DNA from: an uncultured delta proteobacterium
Lineage (GTDB): Bacteria > Desulfobacterota > Desulfobacteria > Desulfobacterales > SG8-13
Direction: 5' to 3'
Length of the DNA: 64,000 bases
NCBI GenBank assembly: GCA_963848135.1
Contig: CAWKCK010000003.1
Span: forward strand, 372,001-436,000
Shown: positions 48,451-58,238 of the stretch, in pieces
Layout: every line of letters begins with the position of its first letter
Position numbering within the stretch: position 1 is the first letter of the stretch
Made by a program: the position numbers and the translations under genes
Notes under the pieces: model-generated
Told to the model about the DNA's origin: nothing
What the model saw: the letters and a program-made list of their open reading frames with translations, nothing else
The model's database searches: none

Positions 48451-49515
48451 ATGCAACTAACCATCGAGAAAGCCAACCAGCTGAAACCAAAACCGAATGA
48501 CAACAAACTCGGATTTGGCTCATTCTTCACGGACCACATGTTCAATATGGACTATTCACCGGACAAAGGTTGGCACAATCCGCGTATTGAACCTTACGGC
48601 CCAATCGCTCTGGATCCGGCGACGATGGTTCTGCATTACGGGCAGGGCGTCTTTGAAGGCCTAAAAGCCTACCGGTCAAAAACCGGCGGCATACAGCTTT
48701 TTCGTCCGCGGGACAATATTAAACGCCTTAACCGTTCCTCCCGGCGCCTTTGCATTCCCGAAATTGATGAAGGTTTTTTGCTGGGCGCATTGAAACAATT
48801 CATATCTATTGAAAGGGACTGGGTGCCGCAGGCACCCGAAACCTCACTCTATATTCGGCCGGCAATTATTGCCACAGATCCTTTCCTGGGTGTAAGGGCG
48901 TCTAACACCTACCGGTTATTCATCATTCTTTCTCCCGTGGGTGCTTACTATCCCGAAGGTTTCAACCCGATAAAAATCTGGGTGACCCGAAAATTCGTGC
49001 GAGCTGTGCGAGGTGGTGTCGGCGAAGCCAAAACTCTTGGCAACTATGCGGCTAGCCTCCTGGCCGGAAACGAAGCCCACAAGGAAGGGTACACTCAGGT
49101 TCTGTGGTTGGACGGTGTCGAGCAGAAGTATCTCGAAGAAGTTGGATCCATGAATATATTTTTTGTCATTGATGGAGAAATCATTACACCGGCGCTGAAC
49201 GGCAGCATTCTCCCCGGCATCACCAGAGATTCGGTCATCCAATTGGCCCGACATTGGAAAATGCCCGTCTCCGAAAAGTTGATAAGTATCGACGAGCTGC
49301 TAAAAGCCAACAGTGATGGAAAGCTGAGTGAAATCTTCGGCTCAGGAACGGCTGCCGTCATCTCACCGGTGGGTGAAATCAAGTACGGTGATCAGGCATA
49401 CCAGATAGGTGACGGGTCGGTCGGCCCCATCGCCAATAAATTCTACACCGCAATCACCGATATACAATACGGTCACGATGCGGATCCCATGGGCTGGATT
49501 GAAACAGTAGTGTGA
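48451..49515 (+). CDS. ilvE: branched-chain amino acid aminotransferase
   Basis: FTDHM, LHYGQGVFEGLKAY, LYIRP, K..GNY, EEVGSMN, ILPGITR, GTAAVISP; AAGGAGG RBS. Confidence 0.95.
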   Translation: MQLTIEKANQLKPKPNDNKLGFGSFFTDHMFNMDYSPDKGWHNPRIEPYGPIALDPATMVLHYGQGVFEGLKAYRSKTGGIQLFRPRDNIKRLNRSSRRLCIPEIDEGFLLGALKQFISIERDWVPQAPETSLYIRPAIIATDPFLGVRASNTYRLFIILSPVGAYYPEGFNPIKIWVTRKFVRAVRGGVGEAKTLGNYAASLLAGNEAHKEGYTQVLWLDGVEQKYLEEVGSMNIFFVIDGEIITPALNGSILPGITRDSVIQLARHWKMPVSEKLISIDELLKANSDGKLSEIFGSGTAAVISPVGEIKYGDQAYQIGDGSVGPIANKFYTAITDIQYGHDADPMGWIETVV

Positions 49516-49569
49516 GAAGATCTGTTTTGCCGTCTGTCAGGAAAGTATAATAAAGGATGTCGTCATCCA

Positions 49570-50976
49570 ATGAAACCAGATAAAGACTTGAAGCAACTTC
49601 CCGCTTTTGACGCCAAACTGAAAAAGGCCGGGCTGCCATCGGTGGTGGCCGATCTTTTCCGTTATTATTACCGCAAAGTCGCCACCGGTGAAACAGGCTT
49701 AATTTACGATCACGATATTGAGCCTGTGGCACCCGGTACCATTGAATCTTCAGAAAACCTTACGCATTGCAGGACCTGCGGAATTAAGAGTTTTGGAAAA
49801 GCCGTGCGGATTACACTCAACGGCGGGCTGGGAACCAGTATGGGATTGACCGGTGCCAAAAGCCTCCTGAAGGTGAAAGATGGAAAATCGTTTCTCGAAA
49901 TTATCGTTCATCAGACCCGTCAAAGGGGTGTCAAGCTCGCTCTGATGAACAGTTTCAACACCCACTCGGAAACGCTCTCCGCGCTGAAAAGTATCGATCC
50001 TAACGCCACGGCGCTGACATTTTTACAGCACAAGTTTCCCAAGATTCTACAGGACGGTCTCGGACCGGCCGTCTGGCCCCAAAACCCGGCTCTTGAATGG
50101 AATCCCCCCGGACATGGTGATGTTTATACGGCTCTTTATTCTTCCGGATTGCTAAAAAAATTATTGGACGACGGAATAACTTACGCGTTTATCTCTAATT
50201 CGGACAACCTCGGCGCCGACATGGACCCCGATCTGCTGGGCTTCTTTACCGAAAACAACTTCCCCTTCATGATGGAGGTCGCCGAAAAAACAATCGCCGA
50301 TGTCAAAGGGGGACACCTGGCCCGGCTGAAAAACGGACAGCTTATATTGAGAGAAATCGCCCAGTGTCCTGAAGAAGAACTGTCCACCTGCATGGACATG
50401 AACCGCTATTGTTTTTTCAATACCAACAACATCTGGGTCAATTTAGCGTATTTAAAAGACCTGATTATAAGAAAAAAAGCCGTCCATCTACCGATGATCC
50501 TCAATCCGAAAACACTTGATCCGCGTGATGTAACCAGCCCCGGAGTCTACCAGGTTGAAACAGCAATGGGTGCGGCGATATCACTTTTCGAAGGCGCTTC
50601 AGCGGTCAAAGTTCCGCGCTCACGTTTCCTGCCGGTGAAAAAATGCAACGACCTTCTGGCAGTACGATCGGATTGTTTTGAGTTCGATCAAAATAGCGGC
50701 AGTCTCCGGATCAACCCGAAACGCATTAAGAATGGTCGACCCGAAACAGTTCACATCGATCTTGATCCCCGCTATTACGGCAACATTGATCTTTTGGAAC
50801 ATCGTTTCAATGATGGCGTACCCTCTCTCGTCGACTGTGATGCCTTGACTGTTGAAGGTGATGTGCACTTCGAGGGCAGCGTTACCATTTCCGGTCACGT
50901 TCGCATCACAAACAGACGGAACACCCGTGCGGTCATAAAACACGGTACTGTCATCGACCAGGATCTCAATTTTTAA
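49570..50976 (+). CDS. UTP-glucose-1-phosphate uridylyltransferase, eukaryote-type UDPGP family (not GalU)
   Basis: LNGGLGTSMG...KS, LMNSFNT, PPGHGD, SNSDNLGA, DVKGG, FNTNN, ETAMGAAI, RFLPVK. Confidence 0.92.
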   Translation: MKPDKDLKQLPAFDAKLKKAGLPSVVADLFRYYYRKVATGETGLIYDHDIEPVAPGTIESSENLTHCRTCGIKSFGKAVRITLNGGLGTSMGLTGAKSLLKVKDGKSFLEIIVHQTRQRGVKLALMNSFNTHSETLSALKSIDPNATALTFLQHKFPKILQDGLGPAVWPQNPALEWNPPGHGDVYTALYSSGLLKKLLDDGITYAFISNSDNLGADMDPDLLGFFTENNFPFMMEVAEKTIADVKGGHLARLKNGQLILREIAQCPEEELSTCMDMNRYCFFNTNNIWVNLAYLKDLIIRKKAVHLPMILNPKTLDPRDVTSPGVYQVETAMGAAISLFEGASAVKVPRSRFLPVKKCNDLLAVRSDCFEFDQNSGSLRINPKRIKNGRPETVHIDLDPRYYGNIDLLEHRFNDGVPSLVDCDALTVEGDVHFEGSVTISGHVRITNRRNTRAVIKHGTVIDQDLNF

Positions 50977-51069
50977 CGTGCGTTTTTCTTATCAGTGCAC
51001 ACTGCCGTATATGATCTGCTCTTTCTCCTGCCGCACAACAGGTGAATCGCAACAGGAAGCTGACTGGCC

Positions 51070-54000
51070 ATGACCGTAAACGATTGGCTCGAACAAAAAC
51101 CGGATCCCGGCTTGCATCTTCTGAAGTTCTGTGGAGATACACAGACATTTACATTGACCCTGGATCAACCCCATCCGGGAAAAGCCTGGCTGAGAGCCAA
51201 CATCGGATCCGCAGCGACCTCCCGCCAGGAAATAATCCGTAACGTCCACAACGAAGAGGCTCCCCTGGGACGCGACTGGTTCGACTGGCCCATGGTCAGG
51301 ATTGCCCCAAACCAATTTCGCATCACCCTCCCGCTGTGTGAGATCGGGCACTTTGAAGCCAAATGCTTCTTTCTGGGGGAACACGACGACGAACCCGCCT
51401 GGCCCCCCGGAAACAATACCGCGGTCAACGTCGCGCCCGCAGACACATGTTGTGCGAACATAATCTATAATGCATTTGTGCGGCAGTTCGGGCCCAATAT
51501 ATCGGGCGCGTTCCAATCGCCTGTAAACCCAGCACAAATTGTCGCCCTGGATCAGGCCGGATTCTCCGTTATTCCCCCGTCCGGTACCTTTCGCGATTTG
51601 ATCAAAAAATTGGACTTTATCATCGGAGAACTTGGGTGCCGGTTCCTCCAACTCTTACCCATTCACCCTACACCGACGACATACGGGCGGATGGGACGAT
51701 TCGGAAGCCCCTATGCTGCTTTAAGCTTTACCGCTGTTGACCCAGCATTGGCTGAATTTGATCCAACGGCAACGCCATTGGAGCAATTCATAGAACTGGT
51801 CGATGCCGTTCACGCACGACATGCCAAATTACTTATCGACATCGCTATCAATCATACCGGTTGGGCCGCAAGTTTGCATGAATCCCATCCCGAATGGCTG
51901 GTGAGGGACGATTCCGGCCAGATCGAGGTTCCGGGGGCTTGGGGCGTCCGCTGGGAGGATCTCACCAAGCTCGACTATTCTCAAAAGGACCTCTGGGTGT
52001 ATATGGCGGAGGTACTCCTGACCTGGTGCCGCAGGGGGGTCGATGGTTTCCGCTGCGATGCCGGTTACATGATTCCGATCAATGCCTGGATTTATATCAT
52101 TGCCCGTATAAGGGCCCAGTTTCCGGACACGATTTTTTTCCTCGAGGGTTTGGGAGGCAAACTTTCGGTCACCCGGGATCTCCTCAATCGGGCAGGGTTC
52201 AATTGGGCCTATTCCGAACTCTTTCAAAATTATGACCGCAGCCAAATCGAACATTTTCTGCCGGGAGTCGACGAAATCTCAACCCATGACGGAATCATGG
52301 TCCATTTTGCCGAAACGCATGACAACCTCCGGCTGGCCGCCCAGTCGAATAGCTATGCCCGCATGCGCACCGCATTTTGCGCGCTTTTTTCCCACAACGG
52401 CGCGTTTGGTTTTGCCAACGGAGTGGAATGGTTCGCAACCGAAAAAATCAATGTTCATGATGCCGCTCCCCTGAACTGGGATTCCTCCACCAATCAGGTC
52501 AGCGATATCCGCCGCCTCAATGCCCTTTTGTATGACCATCCGGTCTTCGGTGACGGTACGAATAGCACTATGGTTCAGCATGGCGAAGGAAATTTTCTGG
52601 TTCTTTTGCGCTCCCACCAAACATCCGGTAAAAAATTGGTCGTTCTCGTCAATCTTGATGATCAGGCGGCGGTCGCTGCGACCTGGAATGCTGAAGCAAC
52701 GGGTATGACAGATTCACGATTCCTGGACCTTTTGACTGGCAACTGGGTAACGGCCGAAGGATCGGCTGATCTGTTCGTCTTCAAGCTGAATCCTGGTGAG
52801 GTCCTGTGTCTTTCACAGGATGAACTTGATCTGGAGCGGGTCAATCGCGCTGTCAATCGTTTTGGGCAACAACCCGATCGGGTATTATGGCAGCGATATC
52901 GTACCAAGGCCCTGGAAGTGTTTATATACCATAATCAATTCGGTGATCTGGGGTCGTTCGAACCGGATTCAGCGGCGCGACAATTGAGACGTGACCCAAG
53001 GGCTTTTTGCCGTCAACTCAATCCGGTCGGCCGTGAATCGAAAGTCATCAACTGGCACTGGCCGCAGGATCAATTTCGAGAGGTCATGTTGCCGCCGGGA
53101 CACTTTCTCTTGATTCAAGTCGATGCCCCTTTTCGTTCGGAAATTTTGAACAAAGGTGTCACGCATAGATGTGAGGAAGGCCTACCTGGGGAACATGGAA
53201 CTTACTTTGCTCTCGTCGCGCCCCCCGAGCCGGCGCGCAAACAGCGTTCTATGACGTTGAAAATCCGTATTTACGACCGTGAAGGTACCCGGCACATCCA
53301 AGCCCCATTGCTGTTTTTAGCCAAACCTGAAGACGTAAAGGTGAAACGCGTTTTCAGTCGGCCGGATTTGTTGAAGAGGTCTTATCTATATCTGGGTACC
53401 AATGGCCGTGGTGGCATGCTGCGGGCGAGTATCCGTTGGGGTGACCTCAACAGCCGATATGATGCCCTGCTGGCCGCCAACCTGAACCCAAGGATTCCGG
53501 AAGACCGTCGGATCCTCTTCACCCGCTGCCGCGCCTGGCTGGTCTACCAGGGATACTCCCAGGAAATCGGCAATGACTGTATGATCGCCTTTCACTATGC
53601 CTATGGGCAAACGGGATCTTGGCAGTTTCAGATACCGACCGGTCAGGGGGAATCGATAGGCCTGAACATCGCCGTTGAGATGATCCCGGGGAAAAACACC
53701 GTGCAGCTGTCTTTTTACCGCCGCCAGGCGGGCTCAGCACCCCGCCGCCTGGCAGATCATCTTCCAGTTCAGCTGATTCTCCGTCCGGATATTGAAATGC
53801 GCAATTTTCATGAAACCACCAAAGCCTATTTGGGACCTGAAAAGCTCTGGCCAGCGGCCATTCAGTGTCAACCCGACGGTTTCGTATTTACTCCCGAGGC
53901 TGAGACTGCGCTGGAAATGACGCTTCCCACAGCAACTTTTGTGTCAGAGCCCGAATGGTACTACATGGTACACCGGCCCCTGGAATCCGAACGCGGCCTG

Positions 54001-55413
54001 GATTCCAAATCGGATCTGTTCAGCCCGGGTTATTTCTCCCTCGAACTCACTGGTGGCCAGACAAAGGTCCTGGTCGCCGGCGCCCTTGAAGATACTGAAA
54101 ATAGTGACTTCGTCAGTGAAAAAGAATTTGACATTGACCTCAACGATAAACAGGATCGATACACGCGCTTTATGGGCAAATCAAAGACATTGCCCCTGAT
54201 TGAGGCTCTTAAATCAACTCTGGATCAATACATTGTTCGGCGCGGAGATCTAAAATCGGTTATAGCGGGATATCCATGGTTTCTCGACTGGGGCCGTGAT
54301 TCACTTATCGTCGTTCGAGGAATGATCGCTGCGGGTCGTAAGGAAGAGGCCCGGGCGGTTCTAAAACTGTTTGGGCAATTCGAAAAAGACGGTACCATAC
54401 CGAATATGATCCATGGGAACAATGCCGGAAACCGTGATACATCGGATGCACCCCTTTGGTTTTTCATAGCATGCGAAGACCTGGTGGTCGACGAAGGAAA
54501 AGAAGAATTTCTGGAAAACATCTGGGGGGGCCGAAAGCTTCGCAATATTCTTTATGCTATTGCCCATGCACTGATCAAAGGCACCCAAAATGGAATTCGA
54601 ATGGATCCGAATTCCGGTTTGCTTTTCAGTCCGGCCCATTTCACCTGGATGGACACCAGTTATCCGGCCGGCACCCCCCGGGAAGGCTACCCGATAGAAA
54701 TTCAGGCCCTGTGGTACCGAGCGCTTGAGTTCCTTGCTCGGATTGACGTTGTTAACCGCAAAATGTGGCATGAAAGGGCCCTGCAGGTCCGATCTTCAAT
54801 CACCGAACTATTCTTCATGGACGATAAAGGATACTTTTCTGATTGCCTCCATGCGTCATCCGGAACACCGGCGGGTTCCGCCCAACCGGATGACGCCCTG
54901 AGGCCCAATCAACTCTTGGCGTTGACTTTAAAAGCGATCATAGATGAAAAGATCGCCTTTTCGGTTTTGGCGGCTTGTGAAGAACTGCTTGTGCCGGGAG
55001 CCATTAGAAGCCTCGCCGATCGGGAGGTCGCATACCCTCTTGCTATAATCCACAACGGCAATCCCGTTAACACCCCTCATACCCCCTACCAGGGCCGATA
55101 TATGGGGGATGAAGACACCAGCAGAAAACCAGCCTATCACAACGGAACAGCCTGGACCTGGTTGTTCCCCTCTTTTAGTGAGGCCTGGTTCGGATCATAC
55201 GGGGAAGAGGGTCGCCAGACCGCGTTGGCCTGGCTCGGAAGCAGCATTCGGTTAATCAACCAGGGCTGCATCGGCCACGTACCGGAAATCCTGGATGGCG
55301 ACTTTCCCCATACCCCGCGGGGGTGCGATGCACAAGCTTGGGGGGTCAGCGAGTTGCTGCGGGTCTTGACTCTCCTGGACCCAGCAACCCATGGCAAACC
55401 CGCTGGCCGGTAA
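51070..55413 (+). CDS. bifunctional-type glycogen debranching enzyme (GH13 domain + amylo-alpha-1,6-glucosidase)
   Basis: GH13 triad GFRCDAG / FLEG / THDN; C-terminal WGRD, TWMD, RPNQ, YHNG, QAWG. Confidence 0.88.
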   Translation: MTVNDWLEQKPDPGLHLLKFCGDTQTFTLTLDQPHPGKAWLRANIGSAATSRQEIIRNVHNEEAPLGRDWFDWPMVRIAPNQFRITLPLCEIGHFEAKCFFLGEHDDEPAWPPGNNTAVNVAPADTCCANIIYNAFVRQFGPNISGAFQSPVNPAQIVALDQAGFSVIPPSGTFRDLIKKLDFIIGELGCRFLQLLPIHPTPTTYGRMGRFGSPYAALSFTAVDPALAEFDPTATPLEQFIELVDAVHARHAKLLIDIAINHTGWAASLHESHPEWLVRDDSGQIEVPGAWGVRWEDLTKLDYSQKDLWVYMAEVLLTWCRRGVDGFRCDAGYMIPINAWIYIIARIRAQFPDTIFFLEGLGGKLSVTRDLLNRAGFNWAYSELFQNYDRSQIEHFLPGVDEISTHDGIMVHFAETHDNLRLAAQSNSYARMRTAFCALFSHNGAFGFANGVEWFATEKINVHDAAPLNWDSSTNQVSDIRRLNALLYDHPVFGDGTNSTMVQHGEGNFLVLLRSHQTSGKKLVVLVNLDDQAAVAATWNAEATGMTDSRFLDLLTGNWVTAEGSADLFVFKLNPGEVLCLSQDELDLERVNRAVNRFGQQPDRVLWQRYRTKALEVFIYHNQFGDLGSFEPDSAARQLRRDPRAFCRQLNPVGRESKVINWHWPQDQFREVMLPPGHFLLIQVDAPFRSEILNKGVTHRCEEGLPGEHGTYFALVAPPEPARKQRSMTLKIRIYDREGTRHIQAPLLFLAKPEDVKVKRVFSRPDLLKRSYLYLGTNGRGGMLRASIRWGDLNSRYDALLAANLNPRIPEDRRILFTRCRAWLVYQGYSQEIGNDCMIAFHYAYGQTGSWQFQIPTGQGESIGLNIAVEMIPGKNTVQLSFYRRQAGSAPRRLADHLPVQLILRPDIEMRNFHETTKAYLGPEKLWPAAIQCQPDGFVFTPEAETALEMTLPTATFVSEPEWYYMVHRPLESERGLDSKSDLFSPGYFSLELTGGQTKVLVAGALEDTENSDFVSEKEFDIDLNDKQDRYTRFMGKSKTLPLIEALKSTLDQYIVRRGDLKSVIAGYPWFLDWGRDSLIVVRGMIAAGRKEEARAVLKLFGQFEKDGTIPNMIHGNNAGNRDTSDAPLWFFIACEDLVVDEGKEEFLENIWGGRKLRNILYAIAHALIKGTQNGIRMDPNSGLLFSPAHFTWMDTSYPAGTPREGYPIEIQALWYRALEFLARIDVVNRKMWHERALQVRSSITELFFMDDKGYFSDCLHASSGTPAGSAQPDDALRPNQLLALTLKAIIDEKIAFSVLAACEELLVPGAIRSLADREVAYPLAIIHNGNPVNTPHTPYQGRYMGDEDTSRKPAYHNGTAWTWLFPSFSEAWFGSYGEEGRQTALAWLGSSIRLINQGCIGHVPEILDGDFPHTPRGCDAQAWGVSELLRVLTLLDPATHGKPAGR

Positions 55414-55594
55414 AAAGAATGTGATCGGAGGTCGATTTAGAAAGGTCGGTTCTTTTATGCACCCATCAAGTCATCCTAAAACGAATCTTCACTTTCCCAA
55501 AAATGGCTGTCGTGTTAGAAGTTCTGGTACTAATATACATAGGCGTCAGCATCGCCTTTGTTTAAACAATATACAGGCGTGATCAAAAGGATGC

Positions 55595-58156
55595 ATGGTT
55601 ATGAACCGTTTCAAAACCTTCCAAGTTTTCCCCAATACCCCCAAACCGCTTCTGTTTCTGGAAACCCTGGCGCGCAATATGTGGTGGTGCTGGAATTTAG
55701 ATGCCATCGAACTTTTCCGTAGGATCGACCCCCGGCTCTGGGAAGATTCAGGCCGAAACCCGATTGTTTTCTCGACGATGATTCGCCAAGACCGGCTTGA
55801 AAGCCTGGCGAAAGATGACAGCTTCCTGGCCCACATGGAACGGGTGAAACGAAAGTTCGAAAACCAGATACTAAAACCAGTAGAAAGTCCACAATCCATT
55901 TATGGTAGTGACGACATCATCGCCTATTTTTCCATGGAATTTGGTATTCATGAAAGTTTACCGCTATTCGCCGGCGGCTTGGGCGTTCTCTCGGGTGATC
56001 ATCTCAAGGCATCATCAGACCTGGGACTCCCCTTGGTCGCCGTCGGGATTCTCTACCGACAGGGCTATTTCCACCAGTTTCTCGACCCGTCAGGATGGCA
56101 GCAGGAAGAATATCCGGAAACCGACCTTTATCATCTTCCTGTACGGCGGGCCAAGGACCCATCGGGAAACGATGTGTCGGTGACCGTTGTGGGACCGACC
56201 GGCCCCATTCATGCCATTGTTTGGTTGCTCATGGTCGGGCGAATCCCACTCTACCTCTTGGATACCAATACCCCGGAAAATCCACCAGAAGTCAGGGAAA
56301 TCACCTCTCGGCTATACGGCGGAGATCAAAAGCTCCGGCTGAGACAGGAAATTTTACTCGGCATCGGTGGTATGCGGGCGTTGACTTCTATGGGCATCGA
56401 ACCCAGCGTGGTTCACATGAATGAAGGCCACAGCGCTTTTGCCGGACTGGAACGGTTGGCGACAATTATAAAAAAACACAGTATCGACCTGAAAACCGCC
56501 CTGGAAATCGTGCCGCGATCGACGGTTTTTACGACGCACACACCGGTGGCTGCCGGTCACGACGAATTTCCGATCGACAGCGTCCGACCCTATCTGACGC
56601 CGTATGAGGAAAAACTCGGAGCCACCATCAGAGAGATTCTCTCATGGGGTCAGGCTCCTGGATCCGGAACGGAGAGCCCGCTTTCCATGTTCGTTCTGGG
56701 AATACGCCTGGCGCAATATTGCAACGGGGTCAGCCGGTTACACGGTGCGGTGGCGCGACGTATGTGGGCCCACGTTTGGCCGGGAAGGCCTGAAGATGAG
56801 GTGCCGATCATCCATATAACCAACGGCGTCCATATTTCATCCTGGATATCGGTTGAAAACGCACTTCTCTTTGAACGGTATCTTGGGCCGGAGTGGCATT
56901 TGCATACCTGGAACAAGAATATGTCCGATCGCATCGACGAGATTTATGATGAAGAGTTGTGGCGCTCTCACGAAATGGCCCGCTCACGCCTCATCCGAAC
57001 ATGTCGCAGCCTGATGGTCAAACAGTACGCAAGACGCAATGCGCCGCGCTCAATGATGGAAACGGCGGAATCGGTTCTGGAACAGGAAGTTCTCACCATC
57101 GGCTTTGCCCGTCGCTTTGCCACCTATAAAAGGGCAACCCTGCTGCTACAAGACCCAGACCGGTTTGAAAGACTCCTCACTTCTGCCACCCAACCGGTAC
57201 AAATCATATTTGCGGGAAAAGCACACCCGAATGACAATGAAGGCAAAGAGTTGATCAAGCGTCTGGTCGGCTTTTCGAGGCGCCCAACCGTGCGTCACCG
57301 GGTCGTTTTTATTGAAGATTACGACATCCATCTCGCCCGCCACCTTATTCAGGGTGTGGATGTCTGGCTGAACAACCCGCGACGCCCGATGGAAGCTTGC
57401 GGAACGTCCGGGATGAAAGCCGCCGCCAACGGGGTTCTCAATCTCAGCATCCTGGACGGCTGGTGGTGCGAGGGGTTCGGAGAGGATCGGGGGTGGCGGA
57501 TCGGCAACGGTGAAGAATACGACGATCACCTCTATCAGGATGCCATAGAGAGTCAAGCCCTATACAATATTTTGGAAAATGACGTGATTCCCTGCTTCTA
57601 CGAAAGAAAAAATGGCGATGCGCCGGCGCGCTGGATTCAAATGATGAAGGGCTCGATGAAAATGGCCATGCGAGATTTCTGTGCCCAATGCATGGTTAAA
57701 CGCTATGAGGATACATTTTATGTCGAGGCTTCCAAACAGTATCATGAACTCATGAACAATTCGGCCGAAGTGGCCAAAAATATTTACCGACAACGCGAAC
57801 GTCTCGGAAATTTGTGGGAAGATATCAGGGTACAACCGCCGGAGATGGATGACACCGGACCTTTTAGGGTCGGCGATACCCTGACGGTTTCCGCCGTAGT
57901 AGAGCTTGGAGAACTTCGGCCGGATGAAGTCGATGTCGAGCTTTACTATGGAAGCATGAGATCTGTCGATGCGCTGACTGCCAGCAGAACCAAAATGATG
58001 GACGTGGCGGAGGAACGGGGAAGCGGTTTTTATCGATACGCATGTTCGGTTACCTGTGATTCATCGGGAAGGTTCGGTTGCACAGCCCGGGTCACGCCCC
58101 GTGGTGATCAACGGATAAAGTTCATACCCGGATTGTTAACCTGGGCATCCAAATGA
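55595..58156 (+). CDS. glgP: alpha-glucan (glycogen) phosphorylase
   Basis: YFSMEFG, GGLG.LSGDHLK, HMNEGH, ARRFATYKR, EACGTSGMK (PLP). Confidence 0.95.
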   Translation: MVMNRFKTFQVFPNTPKPLLFLETLARNMWWCWNLDAIELFRRIDPRLWEDSGRNPIVFSTMIRQDRLESLAKDDSFLAHMERVKRKFENQILKPVESPQSIYGSDDIIAYFSMEFGIHESLPLFAGGLGVLSGDHLKASSDLGLPLVAVGILYRQGYFHQFLDPSGWQQEEYPETDLYHLPVRRAKDPSGNDVSVTVVGPTGPIHAIVWLLMVGRIPLYLLDTNTPENPPEVREITSRLYGGDQKLRLRQEILLGIGGMRALTSMGIEPSVVHMNEGHSAFAGLERLATIIKKHSIDLKTALEIVPRSTVFTTHTPVAAGHDEFPIDSVRPYLTPYEEKLGATIREILSWGQAPGSGTESPLSMFVLGIRLAQYCNGVSRLHGAVARRMWAHVWPGRPEDEVPIIHITNGVHISSWISVENALLFERYLGPEWHLHTWNKNMSDRIDEIYDEELWRSHEMARSRLIRTCRSLMVKQYARRNAPRSMMETAESVLEQEVLTIGFARRFATYKRATLLLQDPDRFERLLTSATQPVQIIFAGKAHPNDNEGKELIKRLVGFSRRPTVRHRVVFIEDYDIHLARHLIQGVDVWLNNPRRPMEACGTSGMKAAANGVLNLSILDGWWCEGFGEDRGWRIGNGEEYDDHLYQDAIESQALYNILENDVIPCFYERKNGDAPARWIQMMKGSMKMAMRDFCAQCMVKRYEDTFYVEASKQYHELMNNSAEVAKNIYRQRERLGNLWEDIRVQPPEMDDTGPFRVGDTLTVSAVVELGELRPDEVDVELYYGSMRSVDALTASRTKMMDVAEERGSGFYRYACSVTCDSSGRFGCTARVTPRGDQRIKFIPGLLTWASK

Positions 58157-58238
58157 TTTCGCAAAGATTACAAAAGCAGCGCTTGGCGGTGTTTGTTTTT
58201 TTGACTTCGGTAAGAAATAAAAGAAAGGACTCCCATTG

